64,000 bases of DNA from the human T2T-CHM13v2.0 reference genome, Homo sapiens. The stretch lies in NCBI RefSeq assembly GCF_009914755.1, contig NC_060947.1. One strand, 5' to 3'. Position 1 is the stretch's first letter. Each line of letters starts with the position of its first letter. Below, one piece after another: positions 40,741 through 64,000 of this stretch. A model generated the notes under the pieces. The model searched no databases and had not been told where the DNA came from. It saw nothing but the letters and a program-made list of their open reading frames with translations. The position numbers were made by a program, and so were the translations under genes.

Positions 40741-41109
40741 TAATTGCCCGCCTCGGCCTCCCAAAGTGCTGAGAGTACAGGCATGAGCCACCGCACCCAG
40801 CCGCATATTTAACTTTTTAAGGAACTGCCAAATGTTTTTCTAAAGTGGGTGCACCATTTTATACTCCTACCAACAATATATGAGAGTTCCAGTCACTCCA
40901 CAGCCTCACCAGTCAGGGGCAGCGGTTGTTCTAATTCAACCATCACCAGAAAACTCTTTTCCTTCTTCTTCTTCTTTTTTTTTTTTTTTTTTTTTGAGAC
41001 AGAGTCTCACTCCATCACCCAGGCTGGAGTGGCATTATCTCAGCTCACTGCAACTTCCTCCTCCCAGGATCAAGTGATTCTCGTGCCTCAGTCTCTTGCT
41101 AGCTAGGAC

Positions 41110-41628
41110 TGAGAGGTGAAGCCAGCTGGACTTCCTGGGTCCAGTGGGGACTTGGAGGACTTTTCTGTCTTACAAGAGGATTGTAAAATGCACCAATCAG
41201 CGTTCTGTAAAAACACACCAATCAGCGCTCTGTAGCTAGCAAGAGGATTGCAAAATGCACCAATCAGAGCTCTGTAAAACGCATGAATCGGCACTCTGTA
41301 AAATGTGACAATCAGCAGGATCCTAAAAGTGGCCAATTGCAGGGAGGATTGAAAAAAGAGCACTCTGATAGGACAAAAACGGAAAATGGAAGGGGACAAA
41401 TAAGGGAGTAAAAGCTGGCCACCGCAGCCAGCAGTGGCAACTCACTCGGGTCCCCTTCCATGGTGTGGAAGCTTTGTCCTTTCCCTCTTCACAATAAACC
41501 TTGCTACTGCTCACTCTTTGGGTCTGTCGCATCTTTAAGAGCTGTAATACTCACTGTGAAGGTCTGCTGCTTTGTTCTTGAAGTCAGCGAGACCACGAAC
41601 CCAAGGGTAGGAACCATCTCCAGGCACA
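41110..41628 (+). mobile_element. LTR12-family (HERV9) solo LTR, LTR12F-like, inserted inside a minus-strand Alu
   Basis: TGAGAGGTGAAGCCAGCTGGACTTCCTGGGT...repeated CACCAATCAG...GAAGTCAGCGAGACCACGAACCCA...CACA. It has a 4-bp TSD GGAC at 41106-41109 and 41629-41632, and AATAAA at 41493. Confidence 0.92.
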
Positions 41629-41688
41629 GGACTACAGGGATGTGCACCACCACACCTGGCTAATTTTTGTATTTTTAGTAGATAGTAG

Positions 41689-41913
<225 letters not shown>

Positions 41914-41974
41914 TGAATCACCTGAGGTCAGGAGTTCGAGAGCAGCCTAACATGGTGAAACCCTGCCTCTACTA

Positions 41975-42202
<228 letters not shown>

Positions 42203-42352
42203 TCAGTTTCTGGTAGGTTTTAAAGACAAATAACCTCCACCCAGAGAGGAATGAACCTGAATTAATTTGGATTTTTTACTAGGTTTAAAATAGACGGATT
42301 TTTTTTTTTTTTTGAGACAGGGTCTTGCTTTGTTGCCCAGACTGGTGTGTAG

Positions 42353-42736
<384 letters not shown>

Positions 42737-43281
42737 TGACCTCAAGTGATCCACGTGCCTCAGCCTCCCAAAGTGCTGGGATTACAGGCATGAGCTACCC
42801 ACCAGGCCTAACTTTTTGTAGAGACGGGGTATCACTATGTTACCCAGGCTGGTCTCAAACTCCTGGACTCAAGCAATCCTCTGGCCTTGGCCTTGGCCTT
42901 GGCCTTCCAAAGTGTTGGGATTACAGGTGTGAGCCACTGTGCCAAGTCCAACTGATCAATTTCATTTCTAATGCCCTGAACAAACATTTAAGTGCTGTCT
43001 GTTCACATAGTCCAAGATTGGCTAGGTCTCTATATACTGCACCTCATCTGTTAACTAAATCCCATTTCAAGAAGCCCTTTTCAGGTTTATTAAATCTTTT
43101 GCAAGGGAGGAGTAGAAATTTCTGCTACCAACATGCTTAACTTTGCAAAGACCCTCTATGCCTTGCAGAATTTTGTAGGACAAAGAGGCTCTCAAATTTA
43201 CCTAGCTCAGTGGATCTCAAACTCTGATGTGGTAAGAAGCAGCTGCAATTGGCAGATTAGTCAGACTCAGAGACTCTGTAG

Positions 43282-43488
<207 letters not shown>

Positions 43489-44334
43489 TAGTAGAGATAG
43501 GGTTTCACCATGTTGGCCAGGCTGGTCTCGAACTCCTGGCCTCAGGCAGTCTGCCCACCTTGGCCTCCCAAAATGCTGGGATTGGAGGCATGAGCCACCA
43601 TGCCGGACTAATTTTCATTTTTAATAAGCCTCCACCCGATTCTCATGTCAGTTGTCTGGAGATCTTAGACCACAATTTGGAAAAAAAACTGATTTATTCT
43701 AATCACTGGTCTCCAGTGAAAAACCAGTTTATGACAGGGCGGTTACAAATCACCACAACAAGCTGGGCATGGCGACTCACGCCTGTAATCCCAGCACTCT
43801 GGGAGGCTGAGGCAAGTGAGGATTGCTTGAGCCCAGGAGTTCCAGATCAACCTGGGCAACATGGCAAAACCCTGTGTCTACAAAAGTCATTAAAAATTTA
43901 GCCGAGCATTGTGCATACCTTTAGTTCTAGCTACTTGGGAGGCTGAGGCAGGAGGCTCACTTGAGTTCAAGGCTGCATTGAGCTATAATCGTACCACTGA
44001 ACCCCAGCCTGGGTGAGAGAGCAAGACCCCATATCTAAAAATAATAAATAAAAATGAAAAACTACAACAGCAACAACAGCAAATGAATTTCTTTATTTTA
44101 CTATTCTTGGAATCTGCTGGGCCCAGCTGCCTTGGAGGAAGGAAAAAAAAAAAACTGGCTGGGCGCGGTGGCTCACGCCTGTAATCCCAGCACTTTGGGA
44201 GGCCGAGGTGGGCGGATCGCGAGGTCAGGAGATCGAGACCAACCTGGCTAACACGGTGAAACCCCATCTCTACTAAAAATACAAAAAAAAATTAGCCGGG
44301 CGAGGTGGCGGGCACCTGTAGTCCCAGCTACTCA

Positions 44335-44436
<102 letters not shown>

Positions 44437-44744
44437 TCAAAAAAAAAAAAAAAACAAACAAACTTGTGGCACATTTAAAAATTTATTTGCAAGCCTTCTC
44501 CCATTGTACAGGCTCTTATTCTCAAGTGGTTTAAATTCACTGTTTTCTAAATATTATACAAGGATTAATTTCCAAAAGGTAGCTGTGTAGGTGCCAGAAA
44601 TAGGGCCTGGTGCTGAGGGCACAGTGGAAGAGAAGAGACTGGGGTCGTACAGAAACCTTCTGGAATCTGGTCCTGCCTCGAGACTGATGCCCATGCATCT
44701 ACCCCAAGACACTGCTCTGTCAAGCTTTCCATCTCAACAATGAA

Positions 44745-45139
<395 letters not shown>

Positions 45140-45426
45140 TAACTCTCCTCTAGAATTTCTTCTCCAGGAAATACAATGATTTTAAATGTGATATAAGGCA
45201 AAGGTAAATCAGATATCTATGGTAAATTTTTCCTAACACATACTGTAATCCACTGAAAGCTCCCCGCTGTAATCAGATGGCAATATGCAGGAAAGCTCTG
45301 TATGTGCCATCCTCATTTGCCTAAGGCATGTTCATGCCTCAGAGTTTTAAAAATTATAATTGTCACCAGGCGTGGTGGCTCACACCTGTAATCTCAGCAC
45401 TTTAGGGGGCTGAGGCGGGCAGATCA

Positions 45427-45654
<228 letters not shown>

Positions 45655-45827
45655 TTATAATTGTTTATAAATTCATAAAATCATTTCTAAATATAAATAA
45701 ATAAAAATTCCTTTAGTCTTTGAATGGAGTTTCTGTAGAAAGAGTTGAAGCATAATTGCTTTTTAACAGTGTTCAGTCATCATATCTGACTTAAAACATT
45801 TACCAGAAAGCAGAAAGAGGAGTGTAA

Positions 45828-46125
<298 letters not shown>

Positions 46126-46943
46126 TGATCCTCCCGCCTTGGCCTCCCAAAGTGCTGGGATTACAGGCATGAGCCACCGCACCCGGCCAGAAGATTCATT
46201 TTTGATTGTACCAATGGCTGAGAGTCCCCAGGTGATGTATCCAGTGATATCTGCAGTCACGATGCAGCTGCTCTATTGTTGTTAACAATGGAGTTGGCTC
46301 CATTTGCTTGTATTATTCTGCAGCAGAACATAAAATATATTACATGATTATGCAGGTATCCCTCAAATAAAAGAATGCATGCATTCTAACCAAGTGTGCT
46401 GTAAATTTAGATTAAATGAATCTGACTTTCCCATTGACTTCTATTATAAAATCAGAAATTCATATTGCAGGGGTGGGAAAAATTGGTCCTTGGATGTATT
46501 ACATTTATACTTAATAATGCAGCAGCGCCTGTAATGAGACATATTCCAAGGGAAAACAATAACTCTCTGATAAAATATTAACGATAATGCATTTGGACTG
46601 AATATAAGTCACATTATTTTAAAACCACTGCAACTAGAACTATAAAACAGTGCCAAATTCTTGAAGCCTGATTGATTGTCTGCTTCACATGTGGTTTCCA
46701 AGAGGCAATCAACTATTAAACTTCCAAAGTTTACCAGTCTTAAACAGCAAAATACTTCTAACTTTATGTCCAAAGGAATTGTTTTTTAACTTTTTTGCTC
46801 CATTCTGGGATGGGGAAAGGATATTAGTGTGCTGCCTTTGAAAATTTTATCTCATGACCGGGCGCGGTGGCTCACGTCTGAGCCACCTGAGGTTGGGAGT
46901 TTGAGACCAACCTGACCAACATGGAGAAACCCCATCTCTACTA

Positions 46944-47165
<222 letters not shown>

Positions 47166-47399
47166 TCACTTACTCATTCATTCATTCGTGTGAAAGTCTA
47201 CTATGCCTCAGGCACTCTGCTATTTGCTGAGGTCAAGAAAATGACATGCAAAGTTTCTGCTTTCAGGGAGAACAACAGGAAAGCAATTATGCTATGGTGC
47301 TCAGAGTTAAGCACAAAATACTACTGCAGACCATACACAGGAAGTGCACTTAATACAGACCTCTGAAAAGTGATGTCAGATTTGAACATTTAATAGAAG

Positions 47400-47970
<571 letters not shown>

Positions 47971-48224
47971 GGCTTAATGTTCACTAGCTCACAACAATCC
48001 CCACCACTACCTTTGTTGCCCCAACATTGGGAAGGATAATCAGTTGCCATTTATTATCACACTTGAATTGTTGTTTTTCTTGTAGTAGAGAACTCTTTCT
48101 CTGAACCTATGTCTCTATATGAAGTAGGAAAATGAAAAATAGATCCAGATAGTCACCTATTTCAAGAAAATGGGAGTGAGCACATTACTTCTATTTGGCC
48201 TTTGCTCATTACATTAGAGTCTGA

Positions 48225-48371
<147 letters not shown>

Positions 48372-49689
48372 TAGCTGGGATTACAGGTGTGTACCACCAC
48401 GCCCAGTTAATTTTTGTATTTTTAGTAGAGGCGGGGTTTTGCCACATTGGCCGGGCTGGTCTCAAACTCCTGGCCTCAAGTGATCCTCCTGCCTCGACCT
48501 CCCAAAGTGCTGGGATTACAGGCATCAGCCACTGTGCCCGGCCTGAAACTCTTGTTGTAAGAACCAGTAGGAATTAGTCAAATGGAGAATGAGGGAAGGA
48601 GGTAGTAGGAGCATAGGGAATAGCATGTGCCAAATGGTGACTGTGTGGCCAATGCATAAGACTGCAGATGATTCAGCATGACTAGGGGGTGAGGGTGTCT
48701 CTGACGGAAAAGCAAGAGATGAACCAGAAAAAATGTCTAAGCCAGTCCTCTTCCAGCACAAAACTCGGTGACTAACAGCTCGGAGGGAGTGATTCCACAC
48801 TAGCCCATGCCTACTTCTTCTTTCCAGACAGTGAACACCAAGGCAAGCCCATATTGTCTACTTGATTTGGGTTCTAAACAAGATTGCCAGATAAAATACA
48901 GAATGCTTAGTATTCTGAACCCATCCCCCAGGTTAAAGCACTTCTCCTGCCTCAGCCTCCCAAGCAGCTGGGATTACAGGTGCGCAATACCTCGCCTGGC
49001 TAATTTTTGTTTTTTTTGGTAGAGTCGGGGTTTCACCATGTTGGCCAGGCTTCAAAACCCTTTTAAATGAGGATGAGCTTGGTATTCTACAATAGAGTGA
49101 TCCATTCTGCAGTGGAGTGAAAAAGCAAAGAGGGATGGGAAAAGAAGAATATTCATATGTAGCAATTGCTTCTATTTTTAAAAATAAATAATGAGGCATC
49201 ATCAAAAACTAATTTTAACATAACTCACAGGGGAGGAAAGGGTAACGATGGAAGTAGATCTTTCTGAATAGATCTTGTTTCATAGATTTGACTTTGGAAA
49301 CATGCAAATGATTTGCATAATTTTTAAAAATTAAATCAAGAAGAAAGAGAGGTACTCCCTATATATAAAAAATGGAACAAATGAATCTGATGAACCTGAT
49401 TACCTCTGCCAGAATCACAGATAATTATTTTAAGTGTCTTTAAAACAGTGTTTTGTAAGCGGTACTTCTGGAATGGCAGAGTGAGGACCTCCACAAATCT
49501 GCACTTCCATAAAGGCAATGAAAACAAAAGCAAAAATTGTCAAAATCAACTTTTTTCAGAACTTTGGAAATTCATCAAAGGCTTACCACAATTTGAAGAG
49601 CATGCATTCAGAAAAACTACTAAACTCAGTAAGAATAATGAGTTTGTGAACATTTAAATTGTCATATTCCCATCTATCTCTCCTCAGCA

Positions 49690-49996
49690 GCAGCAGAACA
49701 CCTCATCCAGCAACAGCAGAATGCACGTTCTTCTCAAGTGCACGTGGAACTTTCTATAAGGTAGACTATATGTTATGTAAGGTATATCATAATACAAATC
49801 TCAATACATTCAAATGAAGTGAAATCATACAAAGCATGTTCTCTAACTGCAAGGAAATGAAAAATAGAAATCAATAGCAGAAGAAACTTGAGAAATTCGC
49901 AAATATATGGAAATTAAACAACACATTCCTAAACAATCAATGAGCCAAAGAAGAAATCAGAAGGGAGGTTATAAAATACTTTTAGATTAATGAAGA
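49690..49996 (+). mobile_element. L1M ORF2 endonuclease-region fragment
   Basis: AACAGCAGAATGCACGTTCTTCTCAAGTGCACGTGGAAC...GGAAATTAAACAACACATTCCTAAACAA. Confidence 0.8.
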
Positions 49997-51363
49997 CTGG
50001 CCAGGCATGGTGGCTCACGCCTGTAATCCCAACACTTTGGGAGGCCGAGGCAGGCAGATCACCTGAGGTCAGGAGTTCGAGACCAGCCTGACCAACATGG
50101 CTAAACCTTATCTCTACTAAAAATACAAAAATTAGCCAGGCGTGCTGGCACGTGCCTGTAGTTCCAGCTACTCAGGAGGCTGAGGCAGGAGAATCACTTG
50201 AACCTGGGAGGTGGAGGCTGCAGTAAGTACTCCAGCCTGGGCAATAAGAGCAAAACTCCATCTCAAAAAAAAAAAAAAAAGAAAGAAAGAAAAGAAAAGG
50301 AGAGAGATACCAGTATAAAATTAAGGACAATGTAATCTTTTTATTTTTTTTGAGACAGAATTTCCCTCTGTCACTCAGTCACTCAGGCTGGAGTGCAGTG
50401 ACACCATCTAGGTTCACTGAAACCTCTCACTGCCAGGTTCACACGATTCACATGCCTCAGCCTCTGAGTAGGTGGGACTACAGGCTCACACTACCATGCC
50501 CAGCTAATTTTTTGTAATTTTAGTAGAGACAGGGTTTCATCCTGTTGGCCTCAAACTCCTGACCTCAAGTGATCTGCCCACCTTGGCCTCCCAAAGTGCT
50601 GGGATTACAGGTGTGAGCCATCATGCCTGGCTGTAATCTTAAACTTTTATTGGAAATATCAATGTGAATTTTTTTTTTTTTGAGACAGTCTCACTGTCAC
50701 CCAGGCTGAAGTGCAGTGGCACGATTTCCACTCACTGTAACCTTCACCTCCGGGGCTCAAGTGATCCTCTTGACTCAGCCTCCTGAGTAGCTGGGACTAC
50801 AGGCACAAGCGACCACATTCGGCTAATTTTGTTTATTTTTTGTAGAGACAAGGTCTCACTATGCTGCCCAGCCTGATCTCTTGAAGTCCTGGCCTCAAGA
50901 GATCTTCCCACCTTAGCCTCCCGAAGTGTTGGGATTACAGGCGTGAGCCACCATGCCTGGCCTAAACGTTTAATTTCTTTTTCTCTTTCTGAAAAATACA
51001 CATTTCGCAGTTCTGTCCACTAAGAATGGAGTAGAAATCTTGAAAACCCAGTGCCCAGGCCAGGCACAGTGGTTCAAGACCAGCCTGGCCAACATGGTGA
51101 AACCCCGTTCTACTACAAATACAAAAATTAGCTGGGTGTGGTGGTAGGTGCCTGTAATCCCAGCTACTCAGGAGGCTGAGGCAGAGAATTGCTTGAACCC
51201 AGGGGGCAGAGTTTGCAGTGAGCCAAGATCGTGCCACTGCACTCCAGCCTGGGCAACAGAGCGAGACTCTGTCTCAAAAAAAAAAAAAAAATCCAGTGCC
51301 CAGATTGTGATCTCTAAATCTACTTTTCACTGAAAGGAGCCAGGGGCCGGGCGCGGTGGCTCA

Positions 51364-51681
<318 letters not shown>

Positions 51682-51966
51682 TCAGTACTGGGGTAGGAAA
51701 TGTTCAAGGTTAACCTGAACACTTTGTGTTATAGCAAAGGAAGCTATCAAAGACTACTGAGATCTTGTCAAAATGACACAGGAACCAACTTGAAGGCATT
51801 TCTCTTGACCAAACATGGAACAGTTTGAGCATCAAAAGAATAGTGAATATAAAGGGTTAAAACATCAACTATATAAAAATCCATGTGTCATATTTTATAC
51901 CTCTAACTCTTTATTTTTGGCAAATTGTTACGGGATAATAACATCAATAAAATGTTAAACAGATCA

Positions 51967-52299
<333 letters not shown>

Positions 52300-52355
52300 T
52301 TACTGACTTTTGTGAAAATGCCTCTAATGTTTCCTCACTAAGGATGTGGTTGGCT

Positions 52356-52620
52356 GCATGTTTTCACCTATAAATGAGAGCTAAACATTGAATACGCATG
52401 GACATAAAGATTGCAACAATAGACACTGGGGACTACTAGAACAAGGAGGCAGGGAGGGGGGCAAATGTTGAAAAACTAACTATTGGGTACTGTGCTCACT
52501 ATCTGGGTGACGGGATCAATCATATCCCAAAACACAGCATCACGCAATACACCTGTGTAACAAACCTGCACGAGTGCCCCCGAATCTAAAATAAAAGGTG
52601 AAATTATATATAAAAAAAGA
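52356..52620 (+). mobile_element. Short 5'-truncated L1PA 3' end with TSD
   Basis: L1PA 3'UTR (ATAGACACTGGGGACTACTAGA...GTAACAAACCTGCAC...AAATAAAAG); ATGTGGTTGGCT at 52344-52355 and 52624-52635. Confidence 0.8.
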
Positions 52621-52890
52621 CGCATGTGGTTGGCTTTAGGGCCATGTTAAGATGATATTCATATTTTTCTATTTTACCGTTATTGTTTCAAGAATGGTTG
52701 TTGAATTTTTCTCATTTACATTTTCATAATGAATCTCACTTGATTGTGTTGTAAAAAATATTTAAAAAATAGGCCGGGCACGGTGGTGGCTCACGTCTGT
52801 AATGCCAGCACTTTGGGAGGCCAAGGCGGGCGGATTACAAGGTCAGGAGATCGAGACCATCCTGGCAAACACAGTGAAACCCTGTCTCTA

Positions 52891-53158
<268 letters not shown>

Positions 53159-53266
53159 TGAGGTCGGGAGTTCAAGACCAGCCTGACCAACATGGAGAAA
53201 GCCCGTCTCTACTAAAAATACAAAAAATTAGCTGGGCATGGTGGCGCATGCCTGTAATCCCAGCTA

Positions 53267-53431
<165 letters not shown>

Positions 53432-53606
53432 TCATGAGTCATCTTTGCTAGATTATCAAATTAATACTTTAAAAACTGACATATAGTCTGGACACATTGG
53501 CTCACACCTGTAATCCCAACACTTTGGGAGGCTGAGGCAGGTGGATCGCTTTAGGCCAAGAGCTCGAGACCAGCCTGGCCAACATGGTGAAACCCCATCT
53601 CTACTA

Positions 53607-54710
<1,104 letters not shown>

Positions 54711-55392
54711 AGCAGGAACAAATCAAGAATGTATCCTGGTTTTCCTGCACAAGCTGTATTTCAAGGTAACCGAATAATTTGTGTGAAAAGATTCTTTTTT
54801 TTTTTACACACTCAGGGAAGTGAAAGCATACTCAAGAGAGTGAATTGCTGAGAACATTCTTCTTTATAAAATAATTCTGGGCTGAGTGTGAGATTTGTGC
54901 CAAATTGAAAAATAAAATAAAAATAATAATTCTGGGTAATAAATGCTAAAGGAATGCTAGAATTAGGATGTTATCATTCTGCAACCCCCACTGAAGTCAT
55001 GGATCTAGACAATGATCATCAATAACTGCTAAAGCCATTAGGTGAAAGTTTGTACCAAACTGACAGTACCTAAACTCTCTGGTCAATCTTAACATGACAT
55101 AAAGTGAAGTCTCCTTATATGACACAATGGGAGGTACACAGGACCACCTATGTAGTATTTGTGCCAAAATAATCAAGCCTGAATCTAACCAAGCTTCCAT
55201 AGGAATATGTGAAAATATGGGGATAGGGCTAGAGAAACATGTTAAATGACACCACAGGATGGAATGAGCCAAATGTAGAACATAAGAAATATCTTAATGA
55301 CCCAGAAAGAGACGTAACAGGTTTATCAACCAAATAAAATTGTGTAGACTGAGGTTGAATTCTGATTCAAACTGACCATAAAGATTTTTTGA

Positions 55393-55728
<336 letters not shown>

Positions 55729-55776
55729 TAATCCCAGCACTTTGGGAGGCCGAGGCAGGTGGATCACTTGAGGTCA

Positions 55777-56028
<252 letters not shown>

Positions 56029-56258
56029 TTAGAAATACTTACTGAAGCTTTTATGGGTAAAATGATACGGTGTCTGGGATACATTTTAAAATGTCCAGAG
56101 GAAAAAAAGAAATGGGAGTGGGATAAACAAAAATGTTAAAATGTTGATGATTGTTGAAACTGAATGATGAGTAGTATTTTTGTGTATGGCTGAAAATTTT
56201 CATAATATAAAGTCTCTAAAACAAAAAACAAAAAAAGCCTTTCACTCATGTATATTAG

Positions 56259-56391
56259 TGTAAACCAAAAAGTGTCCAAGACAGATCTTAATCAGTCTAG
56301 AAGTTTATTTCGCTAAGGTTGAGAACACACCCAGGAAAAACAAACACAAGTTGCAGTAGGATCTGTGGCCTGTAGTTTTTTCCAAAGAGGG
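56259..56391 (-). mobile_element. MER4-group ERV1 LTR 3' end only, truncated at an Alu
   Basis: The reverse complement ends AAATAAACTTCTAGACTGATTAAGATCTGTCTTGGACACTTTTTGGTTTACA. Confidence 0.65.
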
Positions 56392-56520
56392 TTTTTTGTT
56401 TTGGTTTGTTTTTGTTTGTTTGTTTGTTTGTTTTGAAATGGAGTCTTGCTCTGTCACCCAGGCTGGAGTGCAGTGGTGTGATCTCGGCTGATTTATTTTT
56501 ATTTATTTATTTATTTTTGA

Positions 56521-56694
<174 letters not shown>

Positions 56695-56815
56695 TAGTAG
56701 ATACAAGGTTTCACCATGTTGGCTAGGCTGGCCTGGAACTCCTGACCTCAGGTGATCCACCCACCTTGGCTTCCCAAAGTGCTGGGATTACAGGCGTGAG
56801 CCACCGCGCCCAGCC

Positions 56816-57734
<919 letters not shown>

Positions 57735-57789
57735 TAGGCAACTCACGCCTGTAATCCCAACACTTTGGGAGGCCGACGCGGGCAGATCA

Positions 57790-59405
<1,616 letters not shown>

Positions 59406-59556
59406 TAAATGATTCTGATGCAGACAATCCATGAAACAAAAAAAGTACAAAATAAGAATTTTAAAATGAGATGAAATAAGAGTTATAAACGTTTGGAAAA
59501 GATAAAGCAAAATTATCATTATGTATCTACCTGGAAAATCCAACCAAATCAACTAA

Positions 59557-62459
<2,903 letters not shown>

Positions 62460-63411
62460 CTAAAGTGCTAGATATAAAAACAAGATGCAAAAATCAATTA
62501 TATTTCTATACGTTAGCAATAGACATTTAGAAAATGAAAAGTTTAAGACATATCATTTACAGTATCATCACAATACATGAAGTACTAAGGAATAAATCTA
62601 ATAAAATACATGCAAAAGAGGCCAGTGTCAACTCATAGAAGACCTTGAATGCCATGAATTGGATTTACAGAGATATTCCCTGTATAATTACACTTTAAAT
62701 GGTATGTTTGTGTGGTTTATACATACACCAGGGTGATGAGGGCCTAAATTAGGTCAACAGCAGCAGAGATGGAATTTTCATCAACTGAGAGAGAGAAGAA
62801 ATCAGAAAGGGTCATTAGAGATTTGAGTAGGCAGAAAGCTGGTATGAATCAAATCAGCAAGTAGAAAAGCAAACTGATTACATAGAGGCAGTGGCACTGC
62901 AAGTCACTGCTGCTGAGGGACCCACCACCTGAACTTAGTGGTGACATATTTAAAGTGAGACCACTTGTCACAATTGTGTATGTTTCCCCAACCATGCTCA
63001 GCTTTGAAGGCAGGTGTAGGGTAGGCAGTTTTACCAAGAGTTGAGTTTTTGTCCCTCAAGTACCATAGAGGACCATAAGTCAAGGCTTCATGTTTTTAGG
63101 CACGAGAAAGAGTGACTGTGGTGCAGTAGAGTTTAATCGCTCAGGTTGCAAAGATCTAGGGTTTTGAAGGCACAGGAGAAGTCAAATGCTCTGTAAGCAG
63201 CAAGAAGGGGTGAGGAAACCATATAACCCATCATCAAACCCAGTGGTGAGAGGGGTGGGGAAGAGAAAGCACTCGCACCCCTTTCTCTAAAGGGCTGCAG
63301 GTGGCTCATGCCTGTAATCACAGCACTTTGGGAGCCTGAGGCAGGAGGATCTCTTGAGCCCAGGAGTTTGAGACCAGCCTGGACAACATGGCAAAACCTC
63401 ATCTCTACTAA

Positions 63412-63701
<290 letters not shown>

Positions 63702-64000
63702 TGAGCCACCGCACCCGGCCTCTACTGAAAATTTTAAAATCATCCAGGCGTGGTGGCTCACGCTTGTAGTCCCAGCTACTCAGAAGGCTGAGGTGGGAGT
63801 TTCACTTGAGCTCAGGAGTTTCAGGCTGCTGTGAGCTATAGTGTCTACAGCAGAATCTCTGAGGTTCACAGAGATGAGATTCATCCTGATGATCTCTTAA
63901 GGAGAAGGTAGGTCATCAAAAGGAGTTACAACCTCCTTCTTGGGACTGGTCTGGTCTGAGGTGATGAGGCCTCGAATGAGGTCCGTGGCAGTGGAGCAGG

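Noticed and set aside
42882-42906. (GGCCTT)4 hexamer run, and the small duplications near 28382 (TGACTGCCTA repeated) and 50370 (GTCACTCA x2)
   Set aside because: These are ordinary slippage duplications with no evidence of function.
56160-56195. Box C (ATGATGA) and box D (CTGA) motifs suggesting a snoRNA
   Set aside because: It lies within an L1M 3' fragment, is too short, and has no terminal stem.
63840-64000. Possible minus-strand terminal coding exon (TATDLIRGLITSDQ...PSP*)
   Set aside because: I recognise no protein here, the distal part resembles L2 sequence, and the window edge truncates it.

Overview
This is primate (almost certainly human) genomic DNA. It is extremely Alu-dense: on the order of 100 Alu copies or fragments by eye, plus L1, L2, MIR, CR1, LTR and DNA-transposon relics. 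I see no intact protein-coding gene, credible coding exon or CpG island, and nearly all ORFs in the track are Alu or L1 artefacts. Three retrocopies are recognisable. (1) A full-length RPSA processed pseudogene (3849-4923) with a 15-bp TSD; a single 10-nt deletion splits it into 169-aa and 122-aa ORFs overlapping as TGATG, and it carries Leu58Phe. (2) A 7SL RNA retropseudogene (35609-35901, minus strand). (3) An ACTB 3'UTR-only retrocopy (56816-57734) that the ORF track cannot show. Two solo LTRs (LTR12-type and probably LTR18/ERVL-type) sit inside Alus with clear TSDs. There are several rearrangement scars, near-abutting inverted Alus, and a few apparently non-repetitive islands with candidate enhancer motifs. 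I found no convincing previously undescribed biological system. Repeat subfamily names are recalled from consensus sequences and need RepeatMasker/Dfam confirmation.
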